Part shown: piece after piece, positions 1 through 8,426 of the stretch
Layout of the letters: every line of letters starts with the position of its first letter
How positions within the stretch are numbered: the stretch's first letter is position 1
Source of the DNA: a virus
Virus record (IMG/VR): IMGVR_UViG_3300035698_010959
Length of the DNA: 64,000 nucleotides
Strand: one strand, 5' to 3'
The notes under the pieces: model-generated
Seen by the model: only the letters and a program-made list of their open reading frames with translations
Told to the model about the DNA's origin: nothing
Database searches by the model: none
Program-made: the position numbers and the translations under genes

Positions 1-171
1 GGTATCTATTCCTTTAGCCATTAGCGTTCTTAAGGATTTTAGATTTACTTCAAACAGAGCGTGTGTCTTATTTATTTCTTTTGTTCCTCTGTTGTAAAGC
101 CCTAAGTGAACTCCAGCTGTACTAAAAAATACCTTTAATATTTTGGTTTCTATATCGTTTGGTCTTAGCAT
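1..171 (-). CDS. hypothetical protein, runs off the window edge
   Basis: ATG at 171 preceded by GGAGG and an extended -10 (TGCTATAAT, 204-212); frame open to position 1 (MLRPNDIETKILKVFF...). Confidence 0.6.
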   Translation of the reverse strand, partial: MLRPNDIETKILKVFFSTAGVHLGLYNRGTKEINKTHALFEVNLKSLRTLMAKGIDT

Positions 172-238
172 ATAGTAATATGTATATCCTCCATTACATA
201 TACATTATAGCACATTTGTGTAAATATTTATAGTATAT

Positions 239-988
239 TTAGGTAATTTCTTTGATTTTTGCTAATGTTACTTTTGTAAGAGCTATATCTGAATTTTCTA
301 ATAGATATTCACCAAGGGAATCATATCTTGTTCCTTCTAAACAAACTATTCTTTTAATTCCTGCGTTGATTAGTGTTCCTATACAGTTTTTACATGGTGT
401 AGTACAGTAACAATATAGTGTAGAATTATTTGTAGATATCCCATTCTTTGCTGCGTTTATTATTGTATTTGCTTCTGCATGGACTGCTGGACATAGTTCT
501 AGGTTTTTTCCACTTTGTAATCCTAGTGTCTTTCTTGGACAATATTTATTTGTTTGACATAGCTTGCTACCAGCTGGTGCTCCATTGTATCCAATAGATA
601 ATACTTGTTTATCTCTTGTTAGTACTGCTCCTATTTGTCTAGAAGCACATTTACTTCTTTTACTTATTTGCCATGCCATATCCATGAAGAAAGCATCCCA
701 AGTTTGCTTATCTGTAGGTTTTGCTATACATACATCACTAAAGTTACTATCTTCCCACCAGTCTGTAGTGCTTGTTTGTTCTGAATCAGGAAGTAGTTCA
801 TTTAGATTGTCATCTGTTAGTACTGTCATTTTCTTGTGTGTTGTCCTCTCTTTAATTAAAGAATCTGCCCAGTGCTCAAATGCTGAAGAATCTTCTACTT
901 GTTTTTTACATAGAGCATGTAGCTCATTGTCACTTAGTTTGTTTAAATATGGATTTGTATTTCTTAGTGAGTTGTTTCTTCTTTTCAT
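239..988 (-). CDS. dCMP deaminase (ComEB/cytidine deaminase family) with N-terminal extension
   Basis: WDAFFMDMAWQISKRSKC, GYNG, HAEAN and PCKNC zinc-deaminase motifs; start moved to ATG 988 because the longer ORF overlaps tRNA-Gly. Confidence 0.92.
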   Translation of the reverse strand: MKRRNNSLRNTNPYLNKLSDNELHALCKKQVEDSSAFEHWADSLIKERTTHKKMTVLTDDNLNELLPDSEQTSTTDWWEDSNFSDVCIAKPTDKQTWDAFFMDMAWQISKRSKCASRQIGAVLTRDKQVLSIGYNGAPAGSKLCQTNKYCPRKTLGLQSGKNLELCPAVHAEANTIINAAKNGISTNNSTLYCYCTTPCKNCIGTLINAGIKRIVCLEGTRYDSLGEYLLENSDIALTKVTLAKIKEIT

Positions 989-997
989 TATAAGTTT

Positions 998-1073
998 TGG
1001 AGCAGGCAGCGAGGTTCGAACTCGCAACTTCTTGCTTGGAAGGCAAGTATTCTTCCAATTGAATTATGCCTGC
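998..1073 (-). tRNA. tRNA-Gly(TCC)
   Basis: Cloverleaf GCAGGCA/TGCCTGC acceptor, CTTGC-CT-TCC-AA-GCAAG anticodon arm, GTTCGAA T-loop, encoded CCA. Confidence 0.95.
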
Positions 1074-1081
1074 TTTGTTAT

Positions 1082-1156
1082 TGGTCCCTCCAAAGAGAAT
1101 TGAACTCTTCTCTCTTAATTGACAGTCCGATGTTTTAGCCAATGAACTATGAAGGG
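1082..1156 (-). tRNA. tRNA-Asp(GTC), atypical (mispaired anticodon stem)
   Basis: Acceptor CCCTTCA/TGGAGGG, T-arm AAGAG-TTCAATT-CTCTT, CCA end; loop CT-GTC-AA, but stem TCGGA/TTAAG has two mismatches and two G-U pairs. Confidence 0.75.
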
Positions 1157-1168
1157 ATTAGTGTTAAT

Positions 1169-1963
1169 CTATTCAAGTTTTATTGAAGGTGAAGGACTAT
1201 CTGTGTCAATATTGTGAGTTACTTTTCTAGGTTTGACCCGCTTTCTGGTACCACGACGATATGCATCTTGAAGGTTGCCACTAGGTGTTACCCACTCAAG
1301 ATTACATGCATTGTTGTTCTCTGGGTTTCCATCTCGATGATTAACCCATTCTTTGTAATCATCATCAGGTGGACGTATAAATAGGGTTGCTACTGCTATG
1401 TGAACATACAAAGTCTTTTGTCTAACACCATTTTTCCAAAGAGCTACAAACTTGTATTTTCGTCCATTGTCACTGAGGGCAATAGGCTTGTATTGCTTTC
1501 CATGTCGTTTTTTAGTAGCTTCGGTGTATTCTTTGCGAATATTTCCATAATTGGAGAATTCATATGCCGGAAAGTCAGGCCATTTACGATATTCTTCACC
1601 CCAAGTATAAGGTCTATCATCTAAGTAGCTTGCAATGTTGTTATATTCCATAAGGGTAAATAATCCCCATGTGGCATGGGCTAGATGTTGAAGTCCACTT
1701 TCGGAGTCTATGTCTTCACCACGCCGCCATGCTTCTAGGTGACGCATAACTGCAGCATAAACGCGGGACCAGTTAATGCCCAATCTATAATTATTAGATT
1801 CATATTTTTGTGCTCCGAATGTATATACAGATACTAGAGCTTCTAAGGCATGTGGTGGTAGTAAATCGTATCGCAATTTTTGATTATCATACTTCAACCC
1901 TACTCCGGTTTCTGTTTCTGTTTCATCTTGTGCTAGATGTTCATCTTTGATGCATTTACTCAT
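1169..1963 (-). CDS. DUF5664 (dATP/dGTP diphosphohydrolase N-terminal-like) domain fused to NUMOD4-HNH endonuclease
   Basis: GLKYD..KLRYDLLP..GAQKY..NNY..RHL.AW..GEDID.ESGLQHLAHA; then YEFSNYGNIR (NUMOD4) and VHIAVA..F..VNHRDGNPENNNACNLEWVT (HNH_3); GGGAGG RBS before ATG 1963. Confidence 0.85.
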   Translation of the reverse strand: MSKCIKDEHLAQDETETETGVGLKYDNQKLRYDLLPPHALEALVSVYTFGAQKYESNNYRLGINWSRVYAAVMRHLEAWRRGEDIDSESGLQHLAHATWGLFTLMEYNNIASYLDDRPYTWGEEYRKWPDFPAYEFSNYGNIRKEYTEATKKRHGKQYKPIALSDNGRKYKFVALWKNGVRQKTLYVHIAVATLFIRPPDDDYKEWVNHRDGNPENNNACNLEWVTPSGNLQDAYRRGTRKRVKPRKVTHNIDTDSPSPSIKLE

Positions 1964-1998
1964 GTTAATATAGTGTCCTCCCATAGAAACATTATAGT

Positions 1999-2184
1999 TT
2001 ATCTATTTTGTCCTAAGCCTCTTCCGTTTCCTCTTCCATATCCTGGTCCTCCAACTGGACATGCTTTGGTATTTCTACCTAGTCGTCTTCCTCCTGGTCT
2101 TCCAATTCCACGTCCTCTTCCATCTCGTGGTCTAGATAGTCCTCTTGGGTTTGTTTCTGATTGTTGTTGATTTTGTTCTTGCAT
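1999..2184 (-). CDS. small Arg/Gly-rich basic protein
   Basis: RDGRGRGIGRPGGRRLGR..CPVGGPGYGRGNGRG low-complexity RG repeats; fits minus-strand packing. Confidence 0.65.
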   Translation of the reverse strand: MQEQNQQQSETNPRGLSRPRDGRGRGIGRPGGRRLGRNTKACPVGGPGYGRGNGRGLGQNR

Positions 2185-2569
2185 TTGGTGTTGTTTTCTT
2201 TCCTTTATCCTTTTGCTTAGAAGACCTTTTTTGGTCTTCTTGTTTGGTAGTGTTGTCTTGTATGTTTTTAGTTATAGCAAGTTTTAGTAATACTATTTTT
2301 GCTGCTATACTTGTTGCTACTTTTTCATAAACACAATTTGTGTGTGGTTCTATTGTATCTGGATTATTTAATAATGGAATTAGCCTATCATATTGTTCTC
2401 TTATTTGTTCTGATACATAAACTATAATCTTTTCCATAGGTAGTAGTGTTTTTTTAATTTTATTGATTGTTTCTAGTTTTGAGTTTACTACTATACTATC
2501 TAGTTGTGATAGTGTTTCTTTTATTCTTTTTGTTACTTCTGTATTAGAAGGAATGGTTTCTTTTTTCAT
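2132..2569 (-). CDS. hypothetical protein
   Basis: 145-aa ORF downstream of tRNA-Arg, AAGGA upstream. Confidence 0.6.
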   Translation of the reverse strand: MKKETIPSNTEVTKRIKETLSQLDSIVVNSKLETINKIKKTLLPMEKIIVYVSEQIREQYDRLIPLLNNPDTIEPHTNCVYEKVATSIAAKIVLLKLAITKNIQDNTTKQEDQKRSSKQKDKGKKTTPNARTKSTTIRNKPKRTI

Positions 2570-2599
2570 AGACTTAGTTTATATCCTTATTTTGTTTGT

Positions 2600-2675
2600 T
2601 GGTACTCCCTGCCTGATTCGAACAGGCGATCTACTGTTTAGAAAACAGTGGCTTTTTCCGCTAAGCTAAGGGAGT
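2600..2675 (-). tRNA. tRNA-Arg(TCT)
   Basis: ACTCCCT/AGGGAGT acceptor, ACTGT-TT-TCT-AA-ACAGT, GCCTG-TTCGAAT-CAGGC, CCA. Confidence 0.95.
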
Positions 2676-2676
2676 A

Positions 2677-3315
2677 TTATACCTTATCTAGACAGCAATT
2701 TTTATATTTTTTTCCAGAGCCACAAGTACATAGCTCATTTCTACCAGGTTTAGGAGGTGTTGCTTTATTACCTTTATCATTTGTGTATAGAGTTTCTATA
2801 TCAAATGGTGGAGCACAAAAAGCATCACTATATGCTGCTGCTTCTAAAGCTAAAGTTATTCTAGCTTTTGGTTCCATTCCTTCTGTAGAAAACATACTTC
2901 CTAAAGCGTAAGATTCTCCACTACCTAATGCAACATAAGGTATGAGGCTTTCTGTAACTTGATAATCACTATAGACTGTATATAGTTTATTTTTGTAACC
3001 AATTACAAATGCATGTCCTGTTTCTTTAGTATTGTCTATAACTACACAACCAGCTTCTTTGAAGCACTTTCTTATAGCATCTATAAAAGTTGTTGTCATA
3101 TAAGCAATATCAGATTCTTCTTCTTTTTGTTTTGGCGGCTTAAATCTGTATTTTAATACTTGTGCTGCTCTACAAGAACCTACAGGACCAAATAGAAAAA
3201 GCCCATTAGCAAATACTTTTGGATTTGCTTTTATCATTTGTTTGCTTCCTGTTGATGCTCTATCTCCTCCTACGTATATTATATTATTTTCTACTAATCC
3301 TACAATTACAGTCAT
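2677..3315 (-). CDS. HslV/proteasome-beta-like Ntn protease with C-terminal SEC-C motif
   Basis: N-terminal M-T (Thr nucleophile) VIVG..GGDR, K at NPKV, ALGSG motif; C-terminal GRNELCTCGSGKKYKNCC. Confidence 0.85.
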   Translation of the reverse strand: MTVIVGLVENNIIYVGGDRASTGSKQMIKANPKVFANGLFLFGPVGSCRAAQVLKYRFKPPKQKEEESDIAYMTTTFIDAIRKCFKEAGCVVIDNTKETGHAFVIGYKNKLYTVYSDYQVTESLIPYVALGSGESYALGSMFSTEGMEPKARITLALEAAAYSDAFCAPPFDIETLYTNDKGNKATPPKPGRNELCTCGSGKKYKNCCLDKV

Positions 3316-3348
3316 TTAAACAATCTATCCTTTTCTTTCTATAATGTT

Positions 3349-3423
3349 TGGTGGAAGCGAAGAGACTCGAACTCTTTTTTCATGCGTGCAAAGCAAACGT
3401 TCTCCCAATTGAACTACGCCCCC
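3349..3423 (-). tRNA. tRNA-Ala(TGC)
   Basis: GGGGGCG/CGCTTCC acceptor with the G3:U70 Ala identity pair, TT-TGC-AC loop, TTCGAGT T-loop, ACCA end. Confidence 0.92.
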
Positions 3424-3435
3424 ATTTCTATTATC

Positions 3436-3464
3436 AATATACCATTGTATTATAGAGATGTCAA
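3436..3464 (-). promoter_or_regulatory. sigma70/sigmaA-type promoter upstream of tRNA-Ala
   Basis: TTGACA-17 nt-TATATT with TGn extended -10. Confidence 0.75.
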
Positions 3465-3466
3465 GT

Positions 3467-3718
3467 CTATTTCCTCATGATGTCAGGAAAGCGTTTAATG
3501 TCTTCTGGTTTAACATAGTGTTTTCCATCTTTAGCAAATACCCAGATTTCACTAACATCTCTTTTTTTAAGTGGAAGAATATCATCTGGATCGACTGCTT
3601 TGCGTATACGCTCTTTGTTTATTCTTCTAAGTTTTCTATTTGCTATTCGTTTATCCCACTTTTCACTGTCACTGCATGTTATTCCGCAAAATGGCCGTTT
3701 CTTTCTTGATCTACTCAT
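3467..3718 (-). CDS. small basic hypothetical protein
   Basis: MSRSRKK..SEKWDKRIANRKLRR..W.F.KDGK; typical small basic phage protein. Confidence 0.75.
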   Translation of the reverse strand: MSRSRKKRPFCGITCSDSEKWDKRIANRKLRRINKERIRKAVDPDDILPLKKRDVSEIWVFAKDGKHYVKPEDIKRFPDIMRK

Positions 3719-3732
3719 TATATATTATCTAC

Positions 3733-3924
3733 CTATATTGTAAAATGTATATGCATTTCTGCTGGATTTATTTGTTGAGCTTTTTTTAGTTCAGCTATGT
3801 GTTCTTTTGCTTGCGCAACTGCGCGTAGCATTGCTTCTTGTCCTTCTTTACTTTCTGTCCAAGCTGCTACTTTCTTTGCTAATATAGTCCATTTTTTAGT
3901 AGGCTTTAGTGTTGAGTTGCTCAT
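3733..3924 (-). CDS. hypothetical protein
   Basis: ATG at 3924 directly follows the upstream stop (TAAAATG). Confidence 0.6.
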   Translation of the reverse strand: MSNSTLKPTKKWTILAKKVAAWTESKEGQEAMLRAVAQAKEHIAELKKAQQINPAEMHIHFTI

Positions 3925-3925
3925 T

Positions 3926-4147
3926 TTATTTGTATATTTCTTGCTCATCAAGTAGTGTATATAATGGAAGTAATTCTGCATATTGCTTATCTGCGATAGT
4001 GGCTGTAGTTAGTTTTTTATCTCTTGTGCTTTGAGCGTGTCCTCTTACGTGTTTTCCTTGTAAGAATTCACGATTACAATACCAACACCATAACCCACAT
4101 CCTTTATTTCTTACTTTTGTTGGAGGTTTTCTGTATGTTCTACTCAC
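3926..4147 (-). CDS. small basic Cys-containing protein
   Basis: GTG start after GAGGA; MSRTYRK..CGLWCWYC. Confidence 0.6.
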   Translation of the reverse strand: MSRTYRKPPTKVRNKGCGLWCWYCNREFLQGKHVRGHAQSTRDKKLTTATIADKQYAELLPLYTLLDEQEIYK

Positions 4148-4165
4148 AATCTTTCCTCATTCTGC

Positions 4166-5152
4166 TTATATTATACTATATATCTTCTTATTTGTAAAGT
4201 ATTGTATTGTATTAAAGAGCCCTTCTGCCATAGTTATTTCTGGTTTCCAATCTAATAGTTTAATTGCTCGTGCTATTTTTGGGCATCTTCTTGTTGGATC
4301 TTCTGGTTTTTCTTTTATATGGTTTATCTCTCCTTTACCCATTAGGCTTATTATTCTAGTGGCAATTTCTCTTATTGATAATACTTCGTTTGGATTTCCT
4401 ATGTTTATTGGCTCATGTATATTAGAAAAGAATAGTTTATATATTCCTTTTACTGTGTCATCTACATAACAAAAGCTTCTGGTTTGTAGCCCATCTCCAT
4501 GTATTGTTAGAGGCTTGTCTTCTAATATTTGATTTATAAAGTTTGGCAGTACTCTACCATCGTTTGCTTTCATCCTTGGGCCATAGGTGTTAAACAGCCT
4601 TGCTATTGCTGTATTAAGTCCTACTGTTCTTAAGAATGTTACTGTTGCTGCTTCTGCAAATCGTTTGGCTTCTGAGTATTGGCTTCGTGGCCCAATTGGA
4701 TTTATGTTACCAAAGTATGTTTCATCTTGTGGATGTTGTAATGGATTTCCATATATTTCAGATGTGGATGTTAATAAAAACCTTGAATTGTCCTTATCAT
4801 TTTTTAGTTTTCTATCTAATAAATAATGTAATATTTCTAACGTACATATAGAATTTGCGTGAAGAGTTTGTATTGGATAGGTTTCATATCCAACTGGGCT
4901 TGCTGGTGAAGCCAAGTGAAGCACTCCAATAAGAGTTTTTATATTTAAACCAGTAAGTAGTTTTTTTGTTATTTGGTCATTTATAAATGTATAATTTTTG
5001 TTTGACTCTAAGTGTTTTGTATTCTCTTTGCTTCCTGTTATAAGTGTATCTATGTTTGTAACTTTATATCCATCATCTAATAATTTTTCACATAGATGAG
5101 ATCCTATAAATCCAGATCCTCCTGTTACAATTATATCACCTTTGTGTGACAT
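4166..5152 (-). CDS. UDP-glucuronate decarboxylase (UDP-xylose synthase)-like NAD-dependent epimerase/dehydratase
   Basis: TGGSGFIG, HLASPASP, TSTSEIYG, YFGNINPIGPRSQYSEAKR (YxxxK), FNTYGPRM..DGRV, TRSFCYVDD; GGAGG RBS before ATG 5152. Confidence 0.92.
   Translation of the reverse strand: MSHKGDIIVTGGSGFIGSHLCEKLLDDGYKVTNIDTLITGSKENTKHLESNKNYTFINDQITKKLLTGLNIKTLIGVLHLASPASPVGYETYPIQTLHANSICTLEILHYLLDRKLKNDKDNSRFLLTSTSEIYGNPLQHPQDETYFGNINPIGPRSQYSEAKRFAEAATVTFLRTVGLNTAIARLFNTYGPRMKANDGRVLPNFINQILEDKPLTIHGDGLQTRSFCYVDDTVKGIYKLFFSNIHEPINIGNPNEVLSIREIATRIISLMGKGEINHIKEKPEDPTRRCPKIARAIKLLDWKPEITMAEGLFNTIQYFTNKKIYSII
4170..4198 (-). promoter_or_regulatory. sigma70-type promoter overlapping the end of the epimerase gene
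   Basis: TTTACA-17 nt-TATAAT. Confidence 0.6.
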
Positions 5153-5169
5153 TTGTATATCCTCCATGT

Positions 5170-5808
5170 TTAATTTGTGTAAAGCTTTTGAGCTTCAGCA
5201 AATATATTTAGTCCAGTATCGGTTAGTGGATGCTTAGGCATTAATTCAAGCATTTTATATGGCATTGTTACAATATCACAACCACATGCAAATAAATCTG
5301 CTATGGGTTGGGGTGTTCTAATTGATGCTGCAATAATTTTTGTATCTACGTTTTGAGTAGTGAATGTATTTTTTATTGATTTTACGAGCTCTAGACCGTT
5401 TGAATTAATATCATCTAGTCTACCGACAAAAGGAGCTACAAATTCTGCACCTACAATACTTGCTAGTATTGCTTGGTTTAGACTAAATACTAGCGTTAGA
5501 GTAACACGTATTCCTTCAGAAGATAGTATCTTACATGCGGCAAGTCCGTTTGATGTCATAGGAAGTTTTACTACTATGTTTTGTGCAAGGCTAGTAAGAT
5601 CTTTAGCTTCTTGTATAAGATCTTCAGAAACAGCCTCAACTAGTATAGTTAGATTTGGATCTATAGCAACTATGTCATAGATACACTGAGTAAGACTTTT
5701 GTTCTCGTGAGATATTATTGAAGGGTTTGTAGTAATACCACTTATACATCCAAACGCCATACCTTTTTTTATTTCTTCTGTATTTGCTGTATCAAGATAT
5801 ATTTTCAT
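5170..5808 (-). CDS. tal: transaldolase / fructose-6-phosphate aldolase family (TalC-type)
   Basis: YLDTA, GITTNPS, VVKLP (Schiff-base Lys), TLVFS..QA, APFVGRLDD, AASIR. Confidence 0.93.
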   Translation of the reverse strand: MKIYLDTANTEEIKKGMAFGCISGITTNPSIISHENKSLTQCIYDIVAIDPNLTILVEAVSEDLIQEAKDLTSLAQNIVVKLPMTSNGLAACKILSSEGIRVTLTLVFSLNQAILASIVGAEFVAPFVGRLDDINSNGLELVKSIKNTFTTQNVDTKIIAASIRTPQPIADLFACGCDIVTMPYKMLELMPKHPLTDTGLNIFAEAQKLYTN

Positions 5809-5996
5809 TAATAATGTCCTTTGATTGTTATTGTAGTTGGTATGTCTATTTTTCGTTCAACTAATATTTTATTACAATGTGGACATCTTTCTTCTGGAGT
5901 TACATGTAGAGTAACTTTCTTATAAGCAAATGGACTATAGATAGTTTCTTCTATTGTTGTAGAGTTAGAGTTATTGTTTGCTGTAGTGGTTAGCAT
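5808..5996 (-). CDS. small protein with CPHC knuckle
   Basis: TAATG translational coupling on both sides; ERCPHC. Confidence 0.65.
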   Translation of the reverse strand: MLTTTANNNSNSTTIEETIYSPFAYKKVTLHVTPEERCPHCNKILVERKIDIPTTITIKGHY

Positions 5997-6457
5997 TAGT
6001 GTATTATCTTTGCTATTTCTTCAATGTCTTGGCGCATTACTGGCTCTATTTCTATTACTAGTTTTGTTGAGGCTCTTTCTGCTACTGTCAATTCTCGTGT
6101 ACTATCGTGCTCTGTTGTTACATTAGTTATTGATTCTCCAAGAGTCATAACAAGTTCTACAATTAATTTTATGGTATTTTCTGGTATGGTTAGGTTTAAC
6201 CATCTAGAAGCCATAATTACAATGTAGCATGATATCTTATCTCTTACTGCGTCATACTCTGTTACCTCTTTTTGTGCTTGGATATATGCTGCTAATAAAC
6301 TATCCCATCCAAGTATATCTATCCATAGTTCTACTGATTTTGATAGGTTTTCTATTCTGCTTAATATATATTTTTTTACTATCCAGGTTAGCCCACCAAT
6401 ACTTCCTAATATTCCAAGTAACCATAAGCTTCCTTCTAATGAAAATGCGAGTTCCAT
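5996..6457 (-). CDS. single-pass membrane protein, possible LL-H-type holin
   Basis: N-terminal TM (LWLLGILGSIGGLTWIV) followed by a helical domain; AAGGAG RBS. Confidence 0.5.
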   Translation of the reverse strand: MELAFSLEGSLWLLGILGSIGGLTWIVKKYILSRIENLSKSVELWIDILGWDSLLAAYIQAQKEVTEYDAVRDKISCYIVIMASRWLNLTIPENTIKLIVELVMTLGESITNVTTEHDSTRELTVAERASTKLVIEIEPVMRQDIEEIAKIIH

Positions 6458-6510
6458 ATTGGTTTATCTCCTTTGTTTTACAACTGTATTATAACTATAC
6501 TATAAAAAAG

Positions 6511-6585
6511 TGGTGGTCAAAGAGAGAATCGAACTCTCAATTTCTTCCATGTAAAAGAAGCGCCCTACCATTGAGCTATTTGACC
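6511..6585 (-). tRNA. tRNA-Val(TAC)
   Basis: GGTCAAA/TTTGACC acceptor, CTTCT-TT-TAC-AT-GGAAG, GAGAG-TTCGATT-CTCTC, ACCA. Confidence 0.95.
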
Positions 6586-6710
6586 GATGTTATCTTTTTC
6601 TATAATCTTTTTTAGATTATGATTAAGATAAGAGTTATAGACTATTTGGTTTTGAGATAGTCTAGTTTTAATTTCTTTTGTTTTGCTATATTTAAATTAG
6701 CTAGTTTATG

Positions 6711-7424
6711 CTATATGTGTACATCTGTTATTGGATAAACTGTAGTGTTAAAGTATGAGGTATAAGCATAGTCGTGGTAATTTTTTGGATAAGATATATT
6801 TGGTATAGATTTATATATAGCTATATACTTTGTTATTCCTTTTTCCATATCTTCTTCTTTGTAGTAAGGTTCTAGTTTCATAGTATCTACCATATTTTCT
6901 ACTATGTTTCCATCTTGTTTATAGCCTTTTGTAGTTGATAGTCTTATTTTAATTTGTATCATCTCATTTTCAAAAGATTCTATGGACCAAGGGCTGTGTA
7001 TTATTATATAATGTTTTGGTTTTCCAATAAGTATAAGTGGAGAAAAAGCCATTATTGAATTAATTGGAGTGATTTGACCTTCTTCTTTTTTCCACATAGC
7101 TTTTAGTGAGTTTGTTCCACAGCTAAGTCTTTCTATAAACTCTATTAAAAATCTGTTTAAACTACCATTGTCTAACATTTCTTTTTTGGATATCAATGCT
7201 CCATATGTTTCTTTTTTTAGCATAAATTGAGAGGTAGGATGAGGGTGTGATGGTAAGTTAATTGAATAAGAGTGTTGCCAAGTATCTGCTGATACAGGCT
7301 CTATTGTTGTAGGAATTATTACAACTTTGTTACCTACTGACGTATTTAGAATATAAGGTTTTTCATTAATTACCTTAGTATAATTGAATATAGCTTCATT
7401 TGTGTAGTCTATGGTTGTATTCAT
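6711..7424 (-). CDS. hypothetical protein
   Basis: 237-aa ORF coupled to the upstream gene (TAGTAATG). Confidence 0.7.
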   Translation of the reverse strand: MNTTIDYTNEAIFNYTKVINEKPYILNTSVGNKVVIIPTTIEPVSADTWQHSYSINLPSHPHPTSQFMLKKETYGALISKKEMLDNGSLNRFLIEFIERLSCGTNSLKAMWKKEEGQITPINSIMAFSPLILIGKPKHYIIIHSPWSIESFENEMIQIKIRLSTTKGYKQDGNIVENMVDTMKLEPYYKEEDMEKGITKYIAIYKSIPNISYPKNYHDYAYTSYFNTTVYPITDVHI

Positions 7425-7426
7425 TA

Positions 7427-7885
7427 CTATATTATATGCTCTTGCTTTAGTTTTACTTCTAGCATTCTTTGATATGTACTTGTTAGTATTTCTTGAAATA
7501 TACTATTTCTAAAGTTCTTTTTTGTTCCAAAAGGAATATAAGATACATCCATAAATCCAGCTGCTGCTAAGTGTTGTCCCATACTTACTGATGCTGGATA
7601 ATTTAGAGAATGTATTATAAACTCTACTTTTAGATTTTCTGGTGTATAGTTATTTACTATATACTTTACTACAGTTGTTCCGCAGTTTTCATCTTCAGTT
7701 GAAACATAGACTCTACCTCCGAGGTCATGGTCAAGATATATTGTACTCCATTCTTTTTTTGGTAGTATATCTATACATTCTTGAGCAGTCTTTACCCATG
7801 TAGCATTTGGATATTGTTTTAAGAATATATCCCCTCTTGTTACATCATCATCTAGAAATAAAATAGAGTTACTAGTTGTATTCAT
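7427..7885 (-). CDS. cyclic-phosphate-processing receiver (cREC)-like domain protein
   Basis: LFLDDD, IYLDHDLGG, G..VVKYI, IIHSLN pattern of stand-alone phage receiver domains; AGGAGG RBS. Confidence 0.75.
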   Translation of the reverse strand: MNTTSNSILFLDDDVTRGDIFLKQYPNATWVKTAQECIDILPKKEWSTIYLDHDLGGRVYVSTEDENCGTTVVKYIVNNYTPENLKVEFIIHSLNYPASVSMGQHLAAAGFMDVSYIPFGTKKNFRNSIFQEILTSTYQRMLEVKLKQEHII

Positions 7886-7939
7886 TAGTCTTTATTATCC
7901 TCCTTCTTTCTATATTATAGTATATTTCTATAATTTTTT

Positions 7940-8260
7940 CTAGTAAATAATATCCATTTTAGAGCTTGCTTGTACTACAGATATGTTTGCAAATGAGTTT
8001 GCGTTTATTTTTATTTCTTGGTCTAACTTAATATCTATTATTGTTGCAGATGAATGATAGACAGTAATACACCCCCGTGAGTCTTTAAATCCTTTTTTTG
8101 TTGCTGTATAGTTATATGTACCTGGCTCCATTTCTATTATTGGAGCATTTCCTCTTATTCCTGTTGTTAATAGATTTGATGCACATTGTATTGTTATATT
8201 ATCTATAGGTGTTCCATTGTTATCATGTGCTGAAAAGAAACAATATCCAATATCTAACAT
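7940..8260 (-). CDS. carboxypeptidase-regulatory/PEGA-like beta-sandwich protein
   Basis: DNNGTPI..G.A..EMEPGTYNYTATKKGF pattern; AAGGAG RBS before ATG 8260. Confidence 0.6.
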   Translation of the reverse strand: MLDIGYCFFSAHDNNGTPIDNITIQCASNLLTTGIRGNAPIIEMEPGTYNYTATKKGFKDSRGCITVYHSSATIIDIKLDQEIKINANSFANISVVQASSKMDIIY

Positions 8261-8273
8261 TTTTTGCTCCTTC

Positions 8274-8426
8274 TTATACAATTCTATCTTTGCCTTTAGG
8301 TTTAGATAGAAATTTTCTATAGTTACAATGCTTACACATATATGTTTGTAGATACACATTGTAACCTATGTTGTTACCACATTTAGGACACAATATTGGT
8401 TGTGGGTAGGAGGATGTATTATTCAT
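8274..8426 (-). CDS. 50-aa zinc-ribbon microprotein (absent from ORF track)
   Basis: Manual translation MNNTSSYPQPILCPKCGNNIGYNVYLQTYMCKHCNYRKFLSKPKGKDRIV*; two CxxC; overlaps the upstream stop. Confidence 0.8.
   Translation of the reverse strand: MNNTSSYPQPILCPKCGNNIGYNVYLQTYMCKHCNYRKFLSKPKGKDRIV

Noticed and set aside
930-1142. Minus-strand ORFs 930..1142 and 10963..11289, and the N-terminal extension of 239..1027
   Set aside because: They overlap clear tRNA genes
1169-1963. 2-aminoadenine (Z) genome pathway suggested by the dATP/dGTP diphosphohydrolase-like domain
   Set aside because: No PurZ or HD-family dATPase in the window; this domain alone is not sufficient evidence
6586-6710. AT-rich gap upstream of tRNA-Val with small inverted repeats (ATAATCT/AGATTAT; TAGACTAT/ATAGTCTA)
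   Set aside because: Short AT-rich stems are expected by chance; there is no convincing ORF start or ncRNA signature
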